A stretch of 33,290 bases of DNA from Nemertoderma westbladi (Eukaryota > Animalia > Xenacoelomorpha), in contig JAUCBJ010008177.1 in NCBI GenBank assembly GCA_032718475.1, positions 1 to 33,290 of the forward strand, read 5' to 3'. Under the pieces are notes generated by a model. That model did not search any database. It worked only from the letters and a program-made list of their open reading frames with translations, and was not told the DNA's origin. Below are positions 24,331 to 33,290 of the stretch, piece after piece. A program made the position numbers and the translations under genes. The stretch's first letter is position 1; every line of letters starts with the position of its first letter.

Positions 24331-27300
24331 TTACGTTATGGAGTCCCTAGATGTTTGAAGGATTAGGGAGGTGGTCGTGGGAAGAGAATCTTGCCTTCCA
24401 CAGTTTCCGGAGAGTCCTCCATTCCCTTCCGATAAACACAAACGACCGACTGGGTGATTGAGTCGCTGCATCCTGAATACAATTCCAGGTTTCCTCTTCG
24501 TCCTGGAATAGTGACGATAGAAACATCGCTCAAAGTATATGACGGCGTCACAAAGCCGATTCCAGGAGCTATAGTGGTCCGTCGCTCTCTGCAGGAGAGG
24601 TGAGAGTCCCTGCGAGACGTCTGATGTTCCAGAGCTCCAATCGCTCTCTCTGATCTTCATGAAGGATCCACTCGCGGAGGGGAGGCCCAGATCCACGGCG
24701 TCGTCCCTGGCAACATGTAATACCGACAGATCTATCCCGGGTTCAAATAACTCCGATCCACCCGTCCGGGTTTCAGGTTCGACTTTCTCCGCTCCCTTGG
24801 CTGGTCTAATCTCAGTCGGAGTAAGATGGGGAGGCCATTCATTCTCCTTACTCAGGAAGTCGGGTTCACCTAACCGGTCTATAGTATCTGTCAGTTCTTG
24901 AGGAGTTGCTCCTCTGGAAGCGATGTCCGTTGGATTAAACTTCTTGGGGCAATATCTCCATTGATCTACATTGGAGCTAAGATTGTCATTATCTGAGGAG
25001 TGTGGTGTTCCCTCAGTTGGGTCGTCTCCCTCACTAGTATCGTCTTCCCATTCACTCACCTGGCAGACGCGATCTTGAAGCAGTCTTTCCCTGAGCGTTC
25101 TACGGGAAGGTCCAGTAAGGTACCAACCTACTCTAGTTCTTACCGCATAGGTCTGTAGTGGCTGCGGTTGAGCAGGTCGTTTCTCTAATGTCTCCAGCGC
25201 CTCATGCGCGTTTTGGCCGATGAGTATTTGCACTCCAGGATAATCAGTCTGGAATCGAGGTATGTTAAGATGTTGGATGCTCTCATCCTCGTCCCAATTA
25301 TAAAGGTCTGCTTGAGTAGTAGCGAAGTTCTTTATAGCCACCATTTTCACTGACCTTATACTGTATTCTCCTAGTTTATCCTGTGGGGTGGACAACTCAC
25401 CTATATAATAGTCGGCAGCTACAGTAGAATTCCAAACCTGCATGATCCCTGACATGTTTAGCTTGGTTCGGAACTTGGGTTGTCCAGCAAAGATGACTTC
25501 GGCTAGTTCCCTATCGATGAATGTTCCTGTGCTACCGGAGTCCAGGAGGGCGTTCACTATATAGCTCTTCTGAGGTCCGTGGACCCGTAACTGGACTACA
25601 GGAAATTCTCGGATTCCTATATTGGAAGTTGGCGCTTTCCAAGATGGTTGTTGATCGGAAGTAGTTAAGGTAAGGTCGCTGTCTGTGTCTTTCTCATACA
25701 CGAGTGCTCGATACACTGCGGTGGTGTTTATTAGGTAACAGGATTCGTTTTGGTCGGAGAACTCGTCCGTATAGAATCCTTCCATCTCAGATTGATCAGT
25801 GTCGTTCACATCACTGAATTGGACATGTAGTTCGGACTCACTTACCTGACTCGGGCTGTTTCGTTCGAATTCCGTGTGCAACAAGATATGATGTTTTGCG
25901 CCGCACTTTGCACACCTTGCGTCGGAGTTACAGGTTCGCCGTTGGTGTCCTCGTCTGAGGCAATTATAACACAACCGCTTATCCCACATGACTTCACGTC
26001 TATCCTTTAGTGATTTCCTCAGGAATTTATCACACGCATTTAAACGGTGGGGCCCGTCGCACAGCACACATTTGGGCTTGATGTTACTTACTTTAACCTG
26101 TGCTATGTGGTGCACACTTGTTCTTTCCTCGGGCTTTCTCACCTGAATTCTTTTAGGAGACGTAGGAGGGGTTTTTTGTACCGGTTCCCTTCTGTCATTG
26201 GGTCGAGACTTGGATTTACTTACCTGATCTTTAGGCATTTTATTGACATAAGATCTGTCAGTGTCTTTCCCGCTGTCCTCTCCTTGAGAAGTTTGGCTTT
26301 CACCGTCGTCGGTATAACATACTGGTATTACCCTTCTCCTAGAAACGGGTTTCTCACTTACCTTACTTTCCGCTGTCTTCTCTCTGGACTGCCTTAGGAG
26401 CTGTAATTTCACTTCTCCATCTAGGAATGACATGAGATCAGCCATGGTAGGGTCTCGTCGTTGTTGTTCCATCATATATAACACCTTCTTGTCCCAGCGT
26501 GTACCTACTCCACCCTTGGGCAAAGTAGATGCTAAGGCTCCTACAACCATAGAATTCTGGTATTCATGAGACTTACCTAACCAATCTAGTTGTCTACAGA
26601 TCTCCTGAATCTCATCGGAAAACTCTATAATCCCGCTGCTAAGAAACTTTCGGGGCGCCATTAATTTCGCATATAAATACCTAGCTATGTTAGTCCTATT
26701 ACCATACCTGATGTTTAGTGTATCCCAAACTTGTCTTAATCCATCTGGATGTCCAATAAATTTTAACGCCATTGACTTGGGAGATCCTTCCAAGCACTCG
26801 ATGAGGTATCTAAGTTTTTCTCCATTAGATAGTACAGAGTTCTGTATGTTATCTTTGTAATATTCATTAAAAGGTAACCATTTCATCTCATCTCCATTGA
26901 ACTTGACGATCTCTCCAACCTTTACCGCTTGCCGGGCTTCGGTTCTAGCCATTTGACGCGTAAAACTTTCTTGGGCCATCGTGCTATTTAATATCGAGTT
27001 ATCGGTATATAAATTTCTCGGATTATGATCAGTTCTATAGGGAATATCATTATCAACAGGTCTATAATTACCCTTAATAGGGTTCACTATAGGAGTTTCT
27101 ACTTCGCTAGCAGTATATATGCGTGTAGGCTCCACACCTTGCGCATGCGATACTTCAGACCTAACAGGTTGACACATTGTTACAGAGGGTGGTGGTATAC
27201 CCTTTTGGGTATTTACTAATTTATCGCGTTCAAGCGCGATACTTTGCTGCACTTCTTGCAACTCTAGCCTACTTTCCCTTACTGTGCCCTTGAATTGCTG

Positions 27301-28551
27301 GACAGTCTCCTGCATCTGCCCGAGCAGGATATCCATCCCCCGCCGTCTCTCGTCCACCCATTCGACCGCCGAAGCGGGAGTCGCCAACGTTGTAGCGGGC
27401 GGACGAGGGACAACGGGCGACAAATTGTGAATATTTCGCTCGGGGTCCAGGACCTGAACTGTCTCCTGGGCAGTTCTGCGGGGCACAGGTAGCTTAGTGC
27501 TATGCAGAGGGAATTTAGAGGTAGTTTCAGGGAGCACAGGTATGTCTATCACCGAAGGGGTGATTTCAAGAACAGGCCTAATTATTTCAGGCTCATCTAC
27601 TATAGTAGGGAGTCTTTCTATTTTAATTATTTGGTCTGTGGGCTCTGTACTACCTAAGTTGGTGTTATTTAGTTGCCTTCTAACAGCTGGAGGCAAATCA
27701 GGCAATTTCTGACGGTGGAATGTTCTTTTACGTCTACTTAGACGAGATCTATTTCCTTTGCCTTCAGTATCGGTGGTATCGCCTTCCTCCGATGATGTAT
27801 ATCCCTGTCTTTTGGGAGTAGATCGATCCATCATCCGCATATTGCTAGCCGTTAACTGTTTATTTATGCAGTCTTGATTCTCCTGAATGTTTTCCAATTC
27901 TAACTGGGTGGTTTCTTCAGTCGCTCTCCGTTCTGCTTCTGCCACTGCCTCTGCCGCCTTTCTTTCAGCTGCTGCTTCTGCCAAGGTCGCCTTTGCTTCT
28001 GCCGCTGCCTCTGCCGCCCTTGCCTCTGCCGCTGCCTCTGCCGCCCTTGCCTCTGCCGCTGCCTCTGCCGCCTTTGCCTCTGCCGCTGCCGCTTTTGCCC
28101 CTGCTGCTGCCTCTGCCGCTGCCACTTTTCTTTCTGCTTCTGCAGCTACCACTGCTGCTTTCTTTCTGTCTTCTATGCGTTTTTTCTTTACTTGTTCTTC
28201 CCTTTCTCTAGCGATGCGGAGTTGTTCATCGAATTTAGCTTGGTTCGCCGCTAACCTATCCACATCAATCGCATCTAACACAAGTTTGGCTCCTTCGCTA
28301 TTAGGGCTAAGTCCCTCTAGCCTTCTCCTCAACTCTTCATCTCCCACAAAACGCTGATAGTCTGACAGATAGATATCAATGGCATCCTTCTTATGCGGTT
28401 TCTCTGCCGTCGCTTCACTTTCCACTTGGGAAAAAGTAGCGTCTGTTGATTCTCCATGGGTTGAGCGCTCCTCCAACTGAGCCTTCCACTGAGCTGCTCC
28501 TTGAACCTGGCGACTCACCCGTTGAAACCAAGTCTTTACGGCAACTTGCAA
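24331..28551 (-). CDS. gag: BEL/Pao retrotransposon Gag-protease polyprotein with RT and integrase missing (frame open upstream to 28689, no ATG)
   Basis: Coiled-coil/Ala-rich N-terminus; DUF1759-like KFNGD..W..F..LSNGEKLRYL..L.G..W..L..RYG; triple knuckle CVLC..H..C, CYNC..GH..C, CAKC..HH..LH; protease ALLDSGS..ILIG..RTRVGWYLTGP; RNase H tail QWRYCP..NPTDIASRG..PDFL..WP; YSSW.RL. Confidence 0.92.
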   Translation of the reverse strand: MQVAVKTWFQRVSRQVQGAAQWKAQLEERSTHGESTDATFSQVESEATAEKPHKKDAIDIYLSDYQRFVGDEELRRRLEGLSPNSEGAKLVLDAIDVDRLAANQAKFDEQLRIAREREEQVKKKRIEDRKKAAVVAAEAERKVAAAEAAAGAKAAAAEAKAAEAAAEARAAEAAAEARAAEAAAEAKATLAEAAAERKAAEAVAEAERRATEETTQLELENIQENQDCINKQLTASNMRMMDRSTPKRQGYTSSEEGDTTDTEGKGNRSRLSRRKRTFHRQKLPDLPPAVRRQLNNTNLGSTEPTDQIIKIERLPTIVDEPEIIRPVLEITPSVIDIPVLPETTSKFPLHSTKLPVPRRTAQETVQVLDPERNIHNLSPVVPRPPATTLATPASAVEWVDERRRGMDILLGQMQETVQQFKGTVRESRLELQEVQQSIALERDKLVNTQKGIPPPSVTMCQPVRSEVSHAQGVEPTRIYTASEVETPIVNPIKGNYRPVDNDIPYRTDHNPRNLYTDNSILNSTMAQESFTRQMARTEARQAVKVGEIVKFNGDEMKWLPFNEYYKDNIQNSVLSNGEKLRYLIECLEGSPKSMALKFIGHPDGLRQVWDTLNIRYGNRTNIARYLYAKLMAPRKFLSSGIIEFSDEIQEICRQLDWLGKSHEYQNSMVVGALASTLPKGGVGTRWDKKVLYMMEQQRRDPTMADLMSFLDGEVKLQLLRQSREKTAESKVSEKPVSRRRVIPVCYTDDGESQTSQGEDSGKDTDRSYVNKMPKDQVSKSKSRPNDRREPVQKTPPTSPKRIQVRKPEERTSVHHIAQVKVSNIKPKCVLCDGPHRLNACDKFLRKSLKDRREVMWDKRLCYNCLRRGHQRRTCNSDARCAKCGAKHHILLHTEFERNSPSQVSESELHVQFSDVNDTDQSEMEGFYTDEFSDQNESCYLINTTAVYRALVYEKDTDSDLTLTTSDQQPSWKAPTSNIGIREFPVVQLRVHGPQKSYIVNALLDSGSTGTFIDRELAEVIFAGQPKFRTKLNMSGIMQVWNSTVAADYYIGELSTPQDKLGEYSIRSVKMVAIKNFATTQADLYNWDEDESIQHLNIPRFQTDYPGVQILIGQNAHEALETLEKRPAQPQPLQTYAVRTRVGWYLTGPSRRTLRERLLQDRVCQVSEWEDDTSEGDDPTEGTPHSSDNDNLSSNVDQWRYCPKKFNPTDIASRGATPQELTDTIDRLGEPDFLSKENEWPPHLTPTEIRPAKGAEKVEPETRTGGSELFEPGIDLSVLHVARDDAVDLGLPSASGSFMKIRESDWSSGTSDVSQGLSPLLQRATDHYSSWNRLCDAVIYFERCFYRHYSRTKRKPGIVFRMQRLNHPVGRLCLSEGNGGLSGNCGRQDSLPTTTSLILQTSRDSIT
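27935..28160 (-). repeat. Coding minisatellite (27-bp core) encoding (AAEAAAEAR/K)n in Gag
   Basis: GCCTCTGCCGCTGCCTCTGCCGCCCTT repeats on the plus strand. Confidence 0.9.
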
Positions 28552-28624
28552 CGACGTGTCTTGTCTTCTTTTAGAAGCCTCCTCAAAGGCGGATAAGATT
28601 AGCCTAATCCGCAGAACTCTTTCT

Positions 28625-28960
28625 CTAACTTGATAAAGCAGCGATCCCTGCTCTTGAGGTCCTTGAGGTTGTTGAAACAGTTGCTCTTTCTACTCGCTCC
28701 ATAGAGCTGAAGAATCCCTGGGCGTATCCGGCTGCGGACCTCTTCCACACAGCTGGATCGATGGTTTCCTTGGCTACTCCCATCCGGTGTATGTCTTCCC
28801 AGGCAGCTTCTGATAAATCAAACGGGAGTCCGGGTCCGGGGAAGTTCCATTGCGACTCGACAATAGACTTCAGTTCTTCACTAGTGTATCCCGCGTAACT
28901 ATCTCTAGTTGACCGTTGACTTCTCGCCCAATCGATCTGGTGTTCTTCCACCGCGATCAA
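28625..28960 (-). pseudogene. Probable N-terminal part of the same gag, separated by a 1-nt frameshift and truncated by the hAT insertion
   Basis: The frame is open up to the hAT TIR. It overlaps the upstream extension of the main gag frame (28625-28689, KEQLFQQ..RIRLILSAFEE), which is offset by +1. Confidence 0.6.
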
Positions 28961-29728
28961 TCAGTGGCGGATCTAAGGGGGGGGGCTAAGGGGCTTTAGC
29001 CCCCCCCTTTTAAAAAAATACATAAGTAATGATAAAGAAAATTTTTACTGATTTATACAGTAGCACAGCTCCAATAAGCTGCCCTTTGAGAAAAGGGTCA
29101 TTTTTATATTCTCTTTTTTGAAAAAGTACTCTCAGGCAAGGTAAAATTAATCAAAGTTACATTAGCAGCCCGACCAGATTGGATTCACATAATCCCATGC
29201 CTGAGAGTCCCGGCAGGCAACTGCCTGACTGCACTGCTGCAGTACCGGTACCTACCTGCTGAGCTGACCTGCCTTCGGCGGTACGAAAACGAAAGTACAG
29301 AAGTACGGTACCGTTACTCCAGTCTGCCAATTCAGCTGTTCCTGTTACCCTGTCAGCCTGTCTGTCTGTCTGAGTGTCTGCCACTGCTGCACTGCAGCAC
29401 TGCCTGTACAGCTGTAGCTGTAAGCCAGTAAGCCTACCGCTGTACCTGCGCTGTCAGGCTGTTGTAGCTGTATTCTGGTACTTCATACCTGGTTACTGGG
29501 TTAGGTAGGCCTATCAGCCTATTCTATAGATTAGGCCTACAGGTATCAGATTGAAGGATTGTAGGTCACTCTGTCAGTAGTACTGTAGTGTGTAGTCAAG
29601 GCCTACTAAAAGACTAAAAGACTCAAGTACTAGACCGAACTCGATTACTCGACTCGATTACTGAATTACCGTCATTATTATTATTTATATTTCTGGAAAA
29701 GGTAGCAGTGCAAAGTGTAAAGTGAGTT

Positions 29729-30779
29729 ATGAAACGCAGTGGTGGTACACTTGATGGATTCTTCCATAAAATTTCAGCTCAAGCTCCTGATACTGATAGC
29801 CCCACTGAAACACCAGTAGGGATATGCCGATTGCCTAATGAAACCGAATCTTCCCATTCTGTTCCTGAATCCCCCAATTCTACATCGGCTGGATTTTCAT
29901 CTGGTAGCAACGTTGAAGCTGGACCTGCAATAGGAATACCAAAACCGGCAGATACTCTGGACCTATCCTTTGCTGTAGGAAAAAATCTCAGCGATGAAGA
30001 AAAGTATAAGTTTGCTACTTGTGTCTGGAAACCTGCCCGTTCATATACATTCCCTGTAATCGCTGAACATGGCCAAAGTCGCTCTTTTCAAGCGAAATGG
30101 TTTGATATGTATCCATGGCTGAGCTATAGTGCTGTAAAGGGTGGAGGATTATGTTTGCCCTGTGTTCTTTTTGGAGTTAATAGAGGTGGGCGGGGAGACC
30201 AGGCTTTAAACACCTTGGTGACGCAGCCATTAGTAAAGTTTCGCAAAGCAACATCGTGTCTGAAGAATCACACTTTAAACAAATACCACCTGGAAAATGC
30301 GGCACGCTTAGCTGCTTTTAAGGTATCATACAATGATCGGACCCAGAGGATAGATAACCAACTGGACCTTCAACGCCGTGAAGAAATTAACCGAAACCGT
30401 TCAGCATTACAACCCATAATACGGACAATTCTATTCGCAGGCAAGAATAATCTGCCACTAAGAGGTCATCGAGATGATGGGTCACTAATGGATAATGAAT
30501 GTCCGGGGAATGAAGGACTTTTCCGGGCACTCCTAAGATTTCGTATAGAGTCTGGAGATACAATATTAGAACAGTCACTTAAAGAGGGTCCCCGCAATGC
30601 TTCTTATACATCTAAAACTACCCAAAATGAAATAATAAGCTGCATTGGGGAATACATTACTGAGAAGCTATCTCTTCAGATAAAGGAAGCGAAGTACTTT
30701 GCAGTGATGATTGACGAAACTGCAGATAAGAGTAGAAAAGAGCAAGCATCCATTTTGATACGTTACGTTGATAAACAAG
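29729..30779 (+). CDS. hAT transposase exon 1 (TTF-type zinc finger, DUF4371-like region, first catalytic Asp; ZMYM1/THAP12-like)
   Basis: FQAKWF..YPWLSYS..CLPCVLF..H..H, LPLRGH, NASYTSKTTQNEII, FAVMIDETAD, IRYV. Donor AG|GTGAGA at 30779/30780, phase 1. Confidence 0.93.
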
Positions 30780-30991
30780 GTGAGATATATGGTTGTAATT
30801 TATAATTGGTTATAATTTATGTGGTTGATTCATCCATTTGACAGTTTCATCCCAACAATTCAGGTCGTCTACTTTAATTTGACAAACGAAAAATGTTGGT
30901 ATGATGATGATGTAGAAAAGCTTCGGTCACTATCCATCATCAGGTCCATATCTGTTTTCAATATTTTCATTATATTAATATTCCTTCATAG

Positions 30992-31403
30992 GTGAGATTC
31001 ACGAAGAGTTTATGGGATTCTGGCTAGCAGAAGATACCACTGGAAAGGGGCTGGCTAAGTTGGTGGTTAGTGCCCTTGAGTCATTAGGATTAAATATAGA
31101 AAACTGCAGGGGCCAAGGCTATGATGGTGCTAGTGCGATGATGGGGGAGTTCAATGGATTAGCTGCAAATATTCTGCATCTGCAACCTCTGGCACAACCA
31201 GTTCACTGTTTCAACCACCGCCTCAACTTGGCTATAAGTCATTCTTGCGTGATTCCTTCTGTACGGAATATGTTCGGCATCATAAGTGAAATCAACAACT
31301 TTATCTTGGGATCCCCAAAACGTGTAGCGAAATTGGAGGAATTGGTTGAGAAGAACTTCCCTGCAGCGAGAGTAAAACGTGTAAAAACGCTTTGCCCTAC
31401 AAG
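30992..31403 (+). CDS. hAT transposase exon 2
   Basis: Acceptor TTCCTTCATAG| restores IRYVDKQG-EIHEEFMGF. Contains GQGYDGA (second Asp) and HCFNH (CxxH). Donor AG|GTTAGT, phase 2. Confidence 0.93.
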
Positions 31404-31610
31404 GTTAGTAATTTACTGATTGGTTCCAGAGTTACAATTTATACTATAAATCCCGAAAGATAAACGGTTGATGATAAATGAAAGAACTATATACTTGAAC
31501 TAATGAAAAATTACTATTTTGAAAGATTTAATATTTTTTCTAAATTATTAATTCTCGATATAAAAACTTTACAAAACCGACATATTTTGTTCGCAAAAAA
31601 AATTACATTA

Positions 31611-31681
31611 GCATGACGTGGGATTGAACTCGGTACCTAGAGATTCCAAGTCCAACGGTCTACCAACTGAGCAAATGCAAA
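31611..31681 (-). pseudogene. Degenerate tRNA-like sequence (Pro-TGG anticodon-like loop; pseudo-tRNA or SINE head)
   Basis: Minus strand TTGCTCAGTTGGTAGAC (A box), GGA-CTTGGAA-TCT, GAGTTCAATCC (B box) and a T8 run about 8 nt downstream. The T stem pairs poorly. Confidence 0.65.
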
Positions 31682-32135
31682 AGCAAACTGGAAATCAATA
31701 ACAATACCAACAAACGGAGTGAATACTAGAAGAGGTCTCGCTAAGTGGATCTAAAAACTATTATAATTATTATTTTTATTATATTTTTATTATTATTATA
31801 ATAATTATTATTTAATTACTGTACTGTAGTTCAATTTCATTTATAACACACTACTTCGTTATATATCTTTAAATAAAGAATTTAACAACAAAAAGGTTCC
31901 AATTTAAGAATAAAATTAGGTATTAATTAGATATGGGAAAAAAAGAAGAACATTTTTTTTCAATATTCTCTTGACCCTTTATTAACAGAGCGCCGAGAAT
32001 AGTGAAAAAAGTTCTACTTTTTTCCCATGTAATAAATAATTATAAATATTAGATGCAAACTTTTATAATTTGATGCTTTTATCGATTCCCATTAAAGTAG
32101 CTTTTAACATTGAAATTATTCTGTTTTTTTTCTAG

Positions 32136-33111
32136 GTGGGTTGAGAGACATGATTCAATTCTTCGCTTTGATGAACTCTATTTATCTATTATTGACATGC
32201 TTCTGTTCTACTCGGATAAAGATAATGTGAATGAAGCAAAGGTAGTAAGCGATGCCCATCAGCTGCTTCAGGCGTGTTCCCAGTCTGCGTTTATCATTTC
32301 GCTAAAGACTGCTGTTCGCTGTTTTCAGCAAACAGTTCATTTGAGTGAGGCCCTACAGAATCCGAGAATCAATATTGGACAGGCGTATACACGTGTTCAT
32401 GAAGAGATAAAGGCGTTCGAGTCTATGAGGGAAAACTATGAGGTATCGTTTAGTAAAATATTCACAGAAGCTAGGAATATTGCTACAGAAATAAACCAGG
32501 ACATCACAATTCCGAGATTAGTAGGGCGTCAATCCAATCGTGCTAATCCTGCCGTGTCTGACCCAGAAACGTATTATAGAGTTACAGTATTTTTGCCATT
32601 TATTGATCATATCTTGAGTGAGTTGAAACGACAGTTCAGTGACCACGTACCAGCTGTTGTCCATTTACAAGAACTTATACCGGCATTTAGGACTGAAAAT
32701 AGTTTAGATCGAGTATTGGAGGCTGCAGACATATTCGCGGGTGATCTAGATCCACCAAAGACAGTTGTTTCCGCTGAGGTGGAGGCATGGATGCGCAGCT
32801 CCAGTCGTCTTAGTGATGAAATCAAGCAACATACGTCTATTTCCACATGGATCGCTTTAGCTGAGGCTCAATTCATGCCATCTGTAGCAATACTACTCCG
32901 CATATTTGGAACTGTGCCAGTGTCAAATGCTACAGCAGAACGGTCATTTTCGAAATTAAAACTTCTAAAAACTTATCTTAGGTCAACCATGACCCAGGAG
33001 CGTCTCTCTGGGCTAGCATTAATGAGTGTTCATCAGGACATAGATATTCCTGTAGATGCCATTATTAATATTTATGCCAAGCGACAAAATCGTCGCATAC
33101 AATTAATTTAG
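32136..33111 (+). CDS. hAT transposase exon 3 (TRW motif, catalytic Glu, dimerisation domain)
   Basis: Acceptor TTTTTTCTAG| restores LCPTR-WVERH. Contains PVSNATAERSFSKLKLLKTYLRSTMTQERLSGLALMSVH. Spliced CDS is 1051+412+976=2439 nt (812 aa plus stop). Confidence 0.93.
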
Positions 33112-33290
33112 AAATTTTCACTATGCCTAGCTAGCGTATTTAGATAGTGGTCCAATAATTATCCGCAAGTGAAAAAGTGATCTCCTGCACAAATTGACCG
33201 CAGGTGAAATAAAGTTTCGTTTATTGTTTTGGTTAGAAAACAGACACTGTAACCTAATCCTTTCCCTTAATATTTTAAAGGTTGGAGTTC

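Larger units (their letters stand above)
28962..33290 (+). mobile_element. Autonomous-looking hAT DNA transposon (Tip100/Blackjack/Zaphod-like); right TIR outside the window
   Basis: 5' TIR CAGTGGCGGATCTAAGGGGG, the subterminal hairpin G9CTAA..TTAGC8, and a full spliced transposase. Confidence 0.9.

Noticed and set aside
24659-27712. Several short plus-strand ORFs
   Set aside because: Shadows of the gag-protease ORF, with no motifs.
27887-28357. Plus-strand Ala/Ser-rich (antifreeze-like) and Pro/Leu-rich ORFs
   Set aside because: Antisense shadows of the Gag Ala-Glu repeat.
29729-33111. Three separate genes, or a host ZMYM1/THAP12 gene
   Set aside because: The ORFs splice into one transposase. 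An upstream TIR and the insertion into gag indicate a transposon, and there is no THAP or MYM domain.

Overview
AT-rich eukaryotic (animal-like, probably invertebrate) DNA made almost entirely of nested transposable-element sequence. I found no prokaryotic genes, CRISPR array or confidently identifiable host gene. The right third holds a BEL/Pao LTR-retrotransposon derivative on the minus strand. Its 1406-codon ORF keeps Gag (DUF1759-like core, three zinc knuckles) and the aspartic protease, but jumps in frame from the protease to the last RNase H motifs, with no RT and no integrase. Its 5' gag region is interrupted by an apparently intact hAT DNA transposon (TIR CAGTGGCGGATC at 28962). The hAT has a three-exon, 812-aa transposase; intron 1 is bounded by a 9-bp direct repeat and intron 2 carries an antisense tRNA-like sequence. 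The left 20 kb holds a 2.1-kb 32-bp satellite with a higher-order duplication, two inverted 22-bp minisatellite arrays, CR1/L2-like and RTE-like LINE relics, Helentron/HINE-like elements, a piggyBac-like MITE, several different MITEs sharing one conserved ~55-bp cassette, and seven long poly-G/C tracts. All family assignments come from motif recognition by eye, not from database searches.
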